Assembly: GCA_047967505.1 (NCBI GenBank)
Contig: CM106538.1
Reading direction: 5' to 3' (one strand)
Source of the DNA: Dipteris shenzhenensis
Taxonomy: Eukaryota
DNA: 64,000 nucleotides
In this document: one piece after another, positions 38,332-50,509 of the stretch
Layout: the number at the start of each line of letters is the position of its first letter
Position numbering within the stretch: position 1 is the stretch's first letter
The notes under the pieces: model-generated
Seen by the model: only the letters and a program-made list of their open reading frames with translations
Told to the model about the DNA's origin: nothing
Database searches by the model: none
Program-made: the position numbers and the translations under genes

Positions 38332-41299
38332 GTCAGAAAACTTTGTGTATAGATCTATGTGTGCCTTGTTGTCTTGACTTCTTGGGTCAATCCTTTCTGA
38401 GGAACCACTAGCAATCTAGGTATAATATTGGATGGCGACATTTGATAGTCTACCTGCTACTGCCCCATTCTCCTTTTGGTTTTTTCTATGAATGGTAGTG
38501 CAAGATTCTTTCCATTCCATGAGCCACCTATCCAGCTTCATCCTTTCTTTGTATGTCAAGGGCTCTGACTGCTTTACCGTTTCCCATTGTACAACTTTAT
38601 CACCCAACACTTTAGATAGGAAGTTTAGTATAGCCTCTTTCTCCTCTATCCACTCCACCTCTCCGCACCTCATTCAAATTAAGCAAATATGCATTCTTGG
38701 ATTTCATCTAGCATAGACTTGGTAAGAGGAAGCTCTCTAATTTGCTCCTCACTCAGTCTAATAATATGTAGGATGCATACTCTGTAGACAAGGTATTGCA
38801 AATTGATTCTCGAAGTGTCTCTCTCTCTCTTTGATAGGGTGGCTGCCATGAGGAAAGAAGAGGTATACATCTAATTCACACAACAATCATTACATAAGCT
38901 CTCAGTGGGTTGTCCTACAATGGCAACATGTACATACAAAAACCATAGCAAAAGCAATTAACTAATTCACTAATGCATTACAAAAACAAAAGCAAAAGAA
39001 ATTATGTAATCAACACAAAAATCATTGCTATGTTATGAGATGATAACAAAAATCCAATTGTACGTAAAACACATAGAACATGCACAACACAATTTTTTAA
39101 ACAACAAAGTTGAAATCTATGCACACATGCTAACATGAACTCCTAATAGATAATTATAGCGTGGACCCTACAAGAAATAGCCAGATCGTACAAGCGATCA
39201 AGGTGCATGTAAAATGTAGGTAATACGTAATTAGTCAAAGAAACCCTATCAAAGGAGGATAGCCTATAAAACATGAAACAGGAAAATGTATTAGCAAGCA
39301 CGATTGATAGAAGCAAGATTATCTAGATCAGCAATTGCGTGATCACACATCTGGTTGGGAAGGTCATCGTCGAGATGAATCTAGTCGACCAAAGCGAGCT
39401 ATCATCTGGGCAATAACTAGCTCTATCGACATTTGTATACAATATATATGAATATATGATACTAGATGTGTGTAGTCTCAACGGTGACTCACGTGTCATG
39501 GGGATCTTGAAGGAATGCCGATGGAGCCTCCACTACAAGCTACTTCCTTGTGAGAGAATGGAAGCATGAGCCGCCCGAGCCGCCCACTTGTGTCATGCAA
39601 ATGGCTTCTGGATTGCTACAATCTATTTCCATGAGAGAAAGAGGGAAGGGGGAGAGGGGAGAAGAGAGGGAGAAGGAGAAGGGAAGAGGGAGAGGGGAGA
39701 TGGGAGAAGAGAGGGGAGAAGGGAGGGAGAAGGATAAGGGAAGAGGAGAGTGAAGGGGGATGGAGTGGCAAACACAAAGGAAATAAGAGAACACCCAAAG
39801 GCACTCTTGAAGAGAAGAAGGAGCTTGTATTCCAAACTTGTGCATACAACAATGGAAACCAATTCAGCCATTTGGCCTTTTATACAAGTCACCTTTTGAA
39901 GGGAGGGCCAAACCTAATCTCTTTATACCACTCTCCCTTCTCATTCTTTTACCATCCTCTTGGGCCCATCTAGCTCCAAGACACAATCCTGGCTCTATGG
40001 ACTTGCCACTGTCTATTAAATCACATCACTAAACAATAGTGGCATATTGTTAACCAATCTATTAACATGCCTCCCTTCTTGATCTCGATCCAGTCCTCTA
40101 GATCGTGCAACGTTCATGGATGTTGGAGTGTTGTCAATGAAGATCATGAAAAGTAGTCTTTTGTGTGCACTGTGTAGAATCTTCTTTTGGTCCATTGTAG
40201 GAGAGTTATGGAATGCTTGTTGGAAGTATAGAATGAGTGATTTTTTTGGAACTAGCACTTCAGGGTTTGATAGAGCCGAGTTGAGTACTTGTGACCCTTC
40301 AAAGAAGGAATAAGAAAAAGGAAAAGAAAAGTCTAAGGGGTAAGTTATTAGGAAGAAGGTGTTGGTAAGATCCTAGTGGTGTTAGTGTTAGCAGAGTAAG
40401 TAATGTGCATTTGCATGCTCCTCTTAAGTCCCATATTTTATTTGAGTGGGACTTCCAATGGATTCTCAGCAAACTATGTCTTTGACATGCCATGTTTGAA
40501 CGCCCAAAGTTGTGCATTTTTTGACATTTTGTCTTGCTTCTCTACATTGAATTTCCTTTAACATCCATTTTATGGCTTATATTTCATTGAGGGCTTTGCT
40601 TGGAAGTATTTGAACCCAATAAGGTTGTGGCACCATCTGGAGATTTATTTGTCTGAGTCATGAAATCGAGAGGAGTCTGATAATACACCATACAAACCCC
40701 TAAAATGAGGACTATGGCTGAAGAGGTTTATAGAAGGGGTATTCTAGGAAAGGCTTCTAAGCTAAAACTAAAAGAAAATAAAAATAAATAAAATAGATGA
40801 GTAGAAGTTAGATAGTTAATGGTGATGTTAGTAAATGAATATGAAAAAAACTTTGAGGGTCACAGGAAACTCATCCAAACCCATATTAATGTAATCACCT
40901 TCACCCTAGAGTTGAATGCATCCTTGAGAGCTGTTTGTGGAGAACCACTTGTCATTCCATGTGTGAACTCAAATTAAAGACCCTAATGACTCAGGGATAA
41001 GTTAGTGCCCTGTTCTATTTTGGCTCTATTGTAAAGGGGTGCCTTGTTGATGTTGATTGGTGTATCGAATTTCCATAATGCTTGTAGCTTATCTTTTTGA
41101 CCAAGGAGCCCTTGGGCTGATGTACTTGTGATTTTCTGAGTGTGGTGTGCTGAGAAAATGAAGAGGACTGACCGCCTATTTTCGCCTAGTCCTATTTCAC
41201 CTAGGACTTCCACACGTGACATATTGACCAATTGTGACCCAAACGTAGCAAGAACATCATTTTGTAGACCACCATAGGAATAGGAATGTATAGCTATTC

Positions 41300-44200
41300 A
41301 ATACCTCATGTAAGTCTGATAAAATCACTTCGAAGGAGAGTCACCAAGACATCACTGGACACCTTTGGTTGACCAGTTGTCATCCTGTTGGCAGCAACAT
41401 TGCTTGAAGTTATTTGAGATCCTTGATTGTGGTAGTAGGTTCTTGTGGAGCTACTCCATTTTTAGGAGCAAGTTCTTGTGGATCTATTGTTGGTATGTTT
41501 CTTATTGTCGGTGTTGTACCATTGAACATTGTGATCTCCCACATGTACCACTTCTATGATACTCATCGTAATAAAATGATATATGTTCTATGTATTAAAT
41601 GTGAGTAGGATTGCAATGTCTCAGAGATATTTTTCTTTTTTTGAGCCCAAGTTTTAGCTAAGAAAGTTGTCAAGGATGAAGATAATTTGTTGTTCACATT
41701 GGAAGGTTCTTGTGGGACTTCCATTGAGCTAGGAATTACTTGTATGTCCGACTCTTGCATAGCTTCCCTGATGATAGATACCAAATTTCTTAGTAAGGAA
41801 GGTTCTTGTGTGGCTCCCAACATGGATTCAGCTTCCATCTTGGCAGGTTCTTGTGTTACTATCTCTTTTTTCAAGACAGGTTCTTGTGTTACTGCCAATT
41901 GCCTTGAAGATGATACAATAAATTGGCATGCCTTTTGACAGACTTGCGGTCAAGCATGGTCTTGTGTTAATATCTCCCTTTTTGAGACAAGTTCTTGTGT
42001 AACTACTCAAGAGGAGGTAGATGAAATCCTTTGCATATGATCCTCTTGAATTGGTGCTTTTCCCTTGTCCTTGTAAGCAGGTTCTCATTGTTCTTGGCAT
42101 CTTTATAGAGTAGGTTCTTGTGTGAATACTACTGGTGCATCTGCACTCGTTGATGCTTTTGTATTGATAGATTTGGGGCTTCACTTTTGGTTTTGCAATG
42201 GACATGGTGTACATTTAGGCTTAGGACAACAAGCATGGATGGGCTATTGATTACTTTGGCAAGACTTGGGTACCCATATATAAGAGTTGCCAAGGCAATA
42301 TCCCTGGGCCTCGAGTAGTCTTGTGGGAACCCATTGATAATGGACCTTCCTTGTTGGATGGCGTCTTCTTCTTCTTTGATGTTGAGGTTTATTGTTTACA
42401 TGAGGGGGTTGTTGGCAATGGTGAGGCTTGATGTTTAGAGGAGGGGATGTCTTCATATGTTGAGGTTTCTTTGGAATCCAAAATTATGATTCACCCTCAA
42501 AGTATCCTTGAGCCTTCAATAGATCCTTTTGGACCCATATTTGCTTGGTTGCTCTTCTTTGTTTTCTTTGTTGGTGAAGTGCTTGTTGAGGTTGAGAAGT
42601 GGAAGTGGATGTTGACGTTGGTGCTTGAATGTTGGGTCGGACGGTGGCGCTTAGCACATCTTGTTGGGTCGACTCATCACTAAATAATCCTTTGTAAGTG
42701 TCTTGGATCCAACTTGTACCAACAATGGTAGCTTCTGTTAATGTACCTACAAGAGCTAAAAAAAGCATGCAAGGCACAATGTAATTGTCCAAGGAAACAT
42801 TCAACATTAAAGAACCAATAACCTTAGTAGAGGTACCCTATATGAACTGAATTTCAGAATCACATACTTGAAGGCATATCTAGCTGAGATGCTTTAATGT
42901 CTCCCAAGAGGTGAGGTTTTTGCTTGCATGCCAATCTACCATGGCTTGTATTCATCGGCATGTTGCACCTATTGATGTTAGCTCTACCCAAAGTTGAGAT
43001 GGAGTCATATCTATCTCATTAGGATCAAGGGCATTGTCAATTCCTAATTCAATTTGATTAGTTAGTACCACTCTTATGGTGTAAAAAGGTGTAATGGAGT
43101 TAAGTTGTTCATCATTAAGGTGCATTGTCTGAGTGCCCTTAATAGTTGGTAGATCTATTACTACCAGTGTATGCATCCACTTAAGTGAGTCTTCTAGTTT
43201 TGGTAAAGGAGCACACCAAGGTTCATCAAGACTCTTCTCACTGTCCTCTTTCTGATAGTGTTTTACCAATTTTACTGGCACAGACCTATCTGTGGTATCC
43301 AATTCAGCTCCAAATAGATTTTCGAACGTAGTGTGAGCCTTCTATGTTTGGAGATCAACCCTCACAACTTTCTGATCTTAAAGTTAGGATTAATCTTGCC
43401 ATATGCAAGAAAGGTCTCCCTAGAATAGCCTCATACCTAGGGTTGTTTTGGAAATCCATTACAACAAGGAATACCCGATATGTGAGACCCAAGGTTTTGA
43501 TTTTAATGTCCTTGAGTACTCCTGTGGGATGAGCTATGCATCCATCAGCTAATTTAACTACCAAGGAAGTACTCTCTCATTCGAGACTTCCCTACTTTTC
43601 TTAGCATTGTTTCGTGATGATGCTAACACCTGCTCCTCCGTCTAAGATTGCCATAGCTTTCTAATCATAGAAGGAGATGGGTAGCATTGCATTCGTGTCA
43701 TCACTCTGAAAATATTGGCCCAATCTATTAACTAGCACCCTTGGAAAGCCTTGAGCTTGATTGGGAGATTCAACATTCTCAGGATTGGTGGATTGGGGTG
43801 TCACTATTTGCCCATTCATCCAATCCGATAGGTCTCTCCATAGAGTAGGATTACCCCATAATAGTGTCGCAATGGGCATCTTGATCTCAATGGATAGGAA
43901 TGAGGCTAACCCTGCGATGTCTTACGGACCAGTGATAGTTTTGTACCTATTGATTTTGACTCTTCTAAGCCATATAAGGACATGTTGTCATCCTCCTTTA
44001 GTTGTTGCAAGGTATGGTCTTCTTCAAATATCTATTGCATTAGGGTGGATCCCTCTGTTGAAGGGCATGACACACCTTCTTCATCTACCCTTTTAGATAT
44101 TTGCAAGGCTTTTGAGGCTCGAGTGTTTATTTCATGTCTTGGATGAATTGTATCAACACTCTTGTTGGCCTTGAGCCTCTGCTCACATTCCTCGTGGCCC

Positions 44201-47034
44201 TTTCATACCAATTTCTGAGCTACGGTGAGACCTTGTTTCCACACCCATGGGCTGGGATATTCACCATGACCCTTAGGTGTTGTGGCTTTTGGCCATTGGT
44301 TGAAGCCATTGCCTCATTCACCTCATGTGGGTGGTTGTTGTTGGTATCATTTGAGAGAGTATCATAGGAATATGATGTTGCTAGGGAGGTTGTATCTTCA
44401 TCCGACCAATCTTGGATGATGACCTTATTTTTTCCCTTCCCAATCTTCGTTGCACCCATGGTGCTTACTCGTGTTGATTTAGTTGCCCCTCTAGGCTGTG
44501 ACGTGCTAGCTTTATCCCTTTTGGCTTGTTTGCAAAGCTCTTTATTAAGGGCTTAACCTTGCAACCTCGTTATTACATTCAGGGATACTGATGATACTTG
44601 GCCTCTCTCAATGCTTGACAAGTTAAGGCTTGTGGACTTAGATGGCCTTCTCATGGAGCAATCCTTAAAAAGATGGTCCACACCACACCTAGTGCACAAT
44701 GGTGGTGGTGTATTAGACATGGGTGCACATGTGATTGGATGGTTAGATTGCCTCTTATATGGACACTCATTGGCTGGGTGTGCCCCTTAACACATATGGC
44801 ATTGATGTCTTGTCTAGGTTGTTCATATATCCCATTTTTTGAGTAATTGGTGCCATTTGGTAGACTAGAATATATTGGTCACCTTGTCTAATGTAGTGGC
44901 TTACAATGTTGGACTGATTTGCATGGTCACCATTTTGGGGATAGTTGTGTCCATTGAAGGTAGGTTTGGGGTCTCCCCAATCAATAGGTAGATCTTCCAC
45001 CAGTACTTGATTCATGGGAGTAATTCGTGGTTGTGGTGGTTGAAGTTTTAGTATTGGTAGGGGTAATGGAATATTTTGAGCCTTGAATTGCCCTTGATTG
45101 GTTGATGTGGCTCCTTGTATTGCCAATTGTGCTTGATTGGATGGATTGGGTGGTATAGGTATGGTGTGGCCTTTGTTGATAAATGGGTCGAGGAATCACC
45201 CTAGCATAATGACATTGGGATGTGTCATGATTTCCCCAACGAACACAATGGGCACAATACAATATTGGCCTGGTCTAAGATGAGGGCATTCCTTAGTGGG
45301 ATGAATTCTAGTGCATACCCCACACCATATGTTATCTCTTTGCGGAAATAGATGGGGTTGCTAGGAGCATCTTTTTGTGCTTCTATCTTCCATTGTTGGC
45401 CCAACTTGTTTAATGGATCTGTGGCCAACTCTTCCATGTTGAGCACCTTGGGCATAATGCTTGCATCCCTAGTTGCTTCTGAGGTTGAAGCCTATGCTAT
45501 TTGGGACATATCAGAGGAACTTAAGGATTTATCCTTTTGGGGCTTCTTCCTCATGTTATCCCCTAGGTATATTGCCATCTTGCTACATAGCTCAAACGAT
45601 GTGGGATTCATAGCAAACAAGTGATCATGCAGCTTAGCGTCTTGTAGCACTATGAGGAAGCATGGCAAAAGCTGCACATCACTCATCCTCTCATGGGTTT
45701 CACATCGTGAGTTAAAATGTTTAATCCTAGCAATGTAGTCTCTTAAGGACTCAGTGTCCTTATGCTTCACCTCATAAAGCTAGTTAAGCAGGCTCCACTT
45801 GGGACCACTAGGGGCAAACCCCGCAATGAAAGATCTATGCAATGTGTCCCAATTTATTTTCTCCTCAGGGTTTAAGTCTCTAAACCATTGTCTAGACTTG
45901 CCATCAAGACTCAAGCTAAAAGCATTGACCGTGTCTACATCCCCAATATGACCAAAGGTCTCACAGATTTGCTCGAATCTCTCAACATGGGAGATTGTGT
46001 ATCCTTCTCCTACAAACTTGGTGATTATCTTGGATATTGTGATAGGCTTGATCCTTGAGGGGTTGGTATCCCTTCTTGGAAACATTAATGGTGGAGCAGT
46101 GGGCCCCCTTCCTAGTGCTTGGACTAGGATTCTCATAGCTTCATCAATAAGGACCATTTGCGATATAAGAGGAGGTTGTGGAATGGTGGACCCTATCCCA
46201 TACATTGGTGGTCCTGATGAAGGGTTCCATGGATTAGATGGCACGAGGTTGGGATGGGAGGATCCAGGCCCATTAGGCATTTGCATTGTGACTTGGGTCG
46301 GGGGGTTGGCCCACGGGTTGGGCCCAACAAGTTGGACACGAGGTCCTCTAATGTTCCCTGTAGGCATAGGCCTATAAGGGAGTGGTATGTTCCCTGTAGG
46401 CATAGGCCTATAAGAAGCACTTGTTGGGTCTCATGTTCTGTTGCCAAGGAGGCAGCATAGGGGATTCTGAGGTAGAGGGTCCTACTGTGAACCTTCAAGG
46501 TTACTCCTGTGCCCCCTTTGCTCTAGCATTTGGAGACCTTGTGAGAATGTGGGTCCAAATCCATCCCCATAGGATTGTCTATCATCAAAGAATTAGTACG
46601 ATGGGGGTCGATTGCCATTAGGTATCATGGGGCTTTGTTCCGTGAGTATGCTTCTGACATCGGTGGTTGGGTTCGCATTTGAGCCACTCTACTGGGTCTG
46701 TCAATACAAACCTTCCCATGATATTGGAAAAGGTTTCCCTTAATGTAGTTGCTGTTGTAGCTAGGGTAGGAGAGTGGAGATCAGTGGGAATGGAGTTCAG
46801 AGCCACTGAGGCTCTAACATCAGAGGGTTCACCCAAGTCTCTGTCCAGACTCAAGGGCTCCTCCAAGCTAGATAATTCACCTAGTGGTGGTTCTTACAAT
46901 GAGTGAGAATTGACTTTTGAGCTTACTGACCCTGAGGATGCCAAGCTAGGTATGGAGGTCGATAAGATGGCATTTGAGGCATTGTTTTTAGGCCGAAGGT
47001 GAGCTTGTAGGACTCCTCCTGATCTCAAGATCAT
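41300..47034 (-). mobile_element. Ty3/gypsy-type gag-protease remnant followed by an unknown repetitive ORF, with no RT/RH/INT
   Basis: MILRSG start at 47034; gag ...SHVERFEQIC...FSLSLDGKSRQWF...W..L...FIAGF; ESLRDYIAR; CAHC...HDTSQC knuckle; protease AILDGGAGVSII (~43640) and ILGRPFL. Confidence 0.8.
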
Positions 47035-47529
47035 GTGTTCATTGGCACAATTGAGGCCTCAATTCTAGGTTGAGTCCTCCTCAACACGGGGTCAAGGGGT
47101 GGAAGCCCCTTGTGGCTTCCCTTATTTCATCAGTTCTTGATGCTTGGGGTCCCAATTTTCATGTGCTTTTTCCTTATTTTTGTGTTCTTAGAGCTATCCC
47201 TATGGCCATGGGAATAGGGCTATGGTGATGACAACAATTGAAGAATCATAAAAAACCAATCAGTTTTTTATGATCCTTGATTCCTAATCTGCCTACCCAA
47301 TGCAAAAAAGAAGAAAGAAAAACAACATTTGGTTGCAAAATGAGAGATTTTTTGAAGAGGGGACTGTCAACACTCAAAACCACTTCAATTTTCAGCATGA
47401 TTCATTATTATTGGTTGTTTTTTGAGAGTTTTGACACCATATACTCCTTAGAAATCTTTCAAACTATCTTCCTAGCAACTCAAAACACTAAAAACCATAA
47501 AAAACATGTTAAATTACACGGCACAGTGG

Positions 47530-47860
47530 AACAAAAATTGAACAAAGAATAGAGAGTACACAGCAAACTGGAGATGAACAAAGTTTTCCTTCAATACTGA
47601 TGTAGTACAGATGATGGCTCCATCCACCCGTGTGCTCCCACAGTGGAGCTTGGATGGCAATCTAGGCAGATACTAGGTGAAGAGCTACTAGCTGGATCTG
47701 AACTGATATGATACAATGGATTAGGGAGGTCACCTCTTTATAGCTATGAGGGCGGTAGTCGGATCAACATAGTCGGTGGAGCCAACGAGTCAACCTAGTC
47801 CGTGGAACCAACTAGTTGTCCATAAAATATTCAAGGAATATTCCCTATATCATCGCCACA
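47530..47860 (-). mobile_element. LTR-like fragment
   Basis: Minus strand begins TGTGGCGATGATATAGGG and contains a TATAAAGAGG TATA-like motif; the other end is unclear. Confidence 0.35.
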
Positions 47861-47932
47861 AGGGATCTCGCCCCCGAACCCCCACCAAGAGCCCCTCAGA
47901 CCCCCCAACTGGGGGTCAGCTGGCCCCTAGAC

Positions 47933-50245
47933 TGTAGAAACACGTGGGATAGAATAGATGCATCTTGGAAGAGGAGTGAGAGCACAAGATGTAACCAAAA
48001 ATGTTGTTCACTATTGATTGTGAGAGAGGTGACTCTCTCTTATAGAAATTGGGAGAAGGTGGCCTAGATCAAAGGCACCTTCCCTACAATAGTGGCAATC
48101 AGCCCCTACATCAATGGGACTAGCCTAAATCAAAGGAACCTCCCATGTGGGGGCCTTTGGCTTACATCATCACTTAGGTCACACACTAGACACATTATAG
48201 CACTAGATGTGCCTCTACAACACACACACACACACACACACACACATGTGACTCCCCTAGATGCACACATGCACCATAGAGCAAGCCCTTGATCACACTT
48301 ATCCCAACATACCCCCCCTCAAGGGTTTGCCTCTTGCAAGTCAAGGATACATCTAGTCTCATAGTTTCTCATGCCATCTCATGGTGGTCAAGGATAAATC
48401 TATGGCTAGGATCTCATGCTAGCAAGGGTTCCCAAGGGTGTGAGGTTCACAAAATTGGGATAGACAAAACACATATCACATGGCATACATCATATGGTGA
48501 CCATAGGTGATTTACAAAAGACAAAACATATGACATTCTTTTTGGAGTATTACTCAAGGCAGAGAACCTCAAAATTTGACCAAGTGATGATAAACAAAAA
48601 TTCAAAAGACAAAGTTCTTAAAAAGCATAGTTTTTATCTTCTACCACCAAGTTTGATTCTTCATTTGCTGATGGAGTTCTTCCTTCAGCCAAATTTGCTT
48701 TGTTGTTGAAGTAGCCCTTCTTCACAAGAAATGCTTCATTCTCTTTGGAGTTGTTGTTCTTGATGGAATAACACACTCCCTTTTTCAATTGTAGCCAAAG
48801 GAACTTAATAAGCAAGATATATTTGAAGCATTTCCCTTGTGTACCAAATACTGTGTGAAGATGATCCCAAGCTTCATGTGAAGTTTCAAAGCCATCAATG
48901 TGGTGAATATATGAGTCACTTAATCCCAAAGCAATGATAGCAAAAGCCTTCTTGTCTTTGATCAACCAATCAGCTTCTTCTTTTGTAGGCTTCTTTTCCT
49001 TTCCATTCACAACATTCCATATCCCTTTTTTTATAAGCAAAAACTTAGCTTTTGTTTGCCACGTATGGAAACTAGTTCCATCAAACTTCTCTACTTGCTC
49101 AGGCTTAGTCATGTTTACAATTCAAGTACTCATCAATCATGGTCAAAGAGAATCGCATAGTCATCATTCTAAATGCAAAGTATAAGGACACTTATGAGCT
49201 CCATGACTGAGTTCTACTACTTAAGTACAAGCAAAACAATGAAAATTTGCAGTAAATAATAGAAGCCCCAAACTCATGGTGATTGCTCAATACCCTTTGA
49301 CCAAAATATGAAGAATTCTGCTAGCAAAGACAAGGTAGATTGGAGGCCACAATTCGCATAGCTCGCAGCTCTATTCAAGGGGATTTTTATGTAGAAATAA
49401 AGGCCTTATACCAGAGAAGGTCCTCAACCAAGGAAGCATGCAATGTTGTGCCAGGTCGTCATAGACAAGCTTAGTAAGTTTGACTAGTTTTTCATCTGTT
49501 TCTCCTCCAATACTTGACCAAATAGGCTCAAAATACACCAACAGCTTTTTTGTAGCGTCACCCAACTCGTGCACAGAGGAATTTGGAAATGAGTGACCAC
49601 AGAGACAGAATTACGCGATACATCGGCAGACTATTTTCTTGTTGGCATAGGCAATGGAGGCACAATTTCGCGACAAGCTTCAATCTAAAGGTGCGCCCTA
49701 TAGAGATTGTTCTATAGCACAAAGGGCTTGGAGAATGGTGAAATGACAAGGGAGAACAAGCTCTCACAAATTTGGGGAAGAAATGGTGAAGATGGTAGAA
49801 GCTTGAAAAAGTCTAAGAATTCCTACTAGGGAGCATCTAATGCTAGGCTAAGCTAGATCTAGAACCTAAAGCTCTGATACCAAATGTAGAAACATGTGGG
49901 ATAGAATAGATGCATCTTGAAAGAGGAGTGAGCACAAGATGTAACCAAAAATGTTGTTCACTATTGATTGTGAGAGAGGTGACTCTCTCTTATAGAAATG
50001 GGGAGAAGGTGGCCTAGATCAAAGGCACCTTCCCTACATCAGTGGCAATCAGCCCCTACATTAGTGGTATTGGCCTAAATCAAAGGAACCTCCCATGTGG
50101 GGGCCTTTGGCTTACATCATCACTTAGGTCACACACTAGACACATCATAGCACTAGATGTTCCTCTACAACACACACACACATGTGACTCTCCTAGATGC
50201 ACACATGCACCATAGAGCAAGCCCTTGATCACACTTATCCCAACA
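47933..50245 (-). mobile_element. Complete 2.3-kb gag-only copia element (TR-GAG-like, non-autonomous)
   Basis: LTRs at 47933-48309 and 49885-50245 (TG...CA), PBS at 49871-49882, PPT (reverse of tacccccctcaa) at 48310, TSD TAGAC/CAGAC. Confidence 0.92.
48618..49112 (-). CDS. Copia Gag fragment (164 aa)
   Basis: EKFDGTSFHTWQTKAKFLLIKKGIW...KDKKAFAIIALGLSDSYI; clearly related to the gag at 18560-18991. Confidence 0.8.
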   Translation of the reverse strand: MTKPEQVEKFDGTSFHTWQTKAKFLLIKKGIWNVVNGKEKKPTKEEADWLIKDKKAFAIIALGLSDSYIHHIDGFETSHEAWDHLHTVFGTQGKCFKYILLIKFLWLQLKKGVCYSIKNNNSKENEAFLVKKGYFNNKANLAEGRTPSANEESNLVVEDKNYAF

Positions 50246-50509
50246 CAGACCCTAGCGAGAGCAAAGGGCTCCCACACAATTACCTTTCTACCATCAATGG
50301 TCTCATTGATAGACCTCATCTGACATGCAAGTCAGGATCCATCCAATGTCTCGGGCTCACACATGGCTTCTCCTCATACGGGGGCCTTACAACTTGAGCA
50401 CCTTGGACCAATGGTGGTTACCAGGAGGGTGGGGCATTGAGTACATCTCACAAAACAAGCTCAATGTTCACCCGTAGGTGAACTACCTTCTCAGCCCAAT
50501 GCCAAGCCT

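Noticed and set aside
40281-41241. GGTCAC/GTGACC inverted motifs (40290, 40858, 41234) as a solo LTR or hairpin
   Set aside because: No convincing TSD, PBS or PPT; boundaries cannot be supported.
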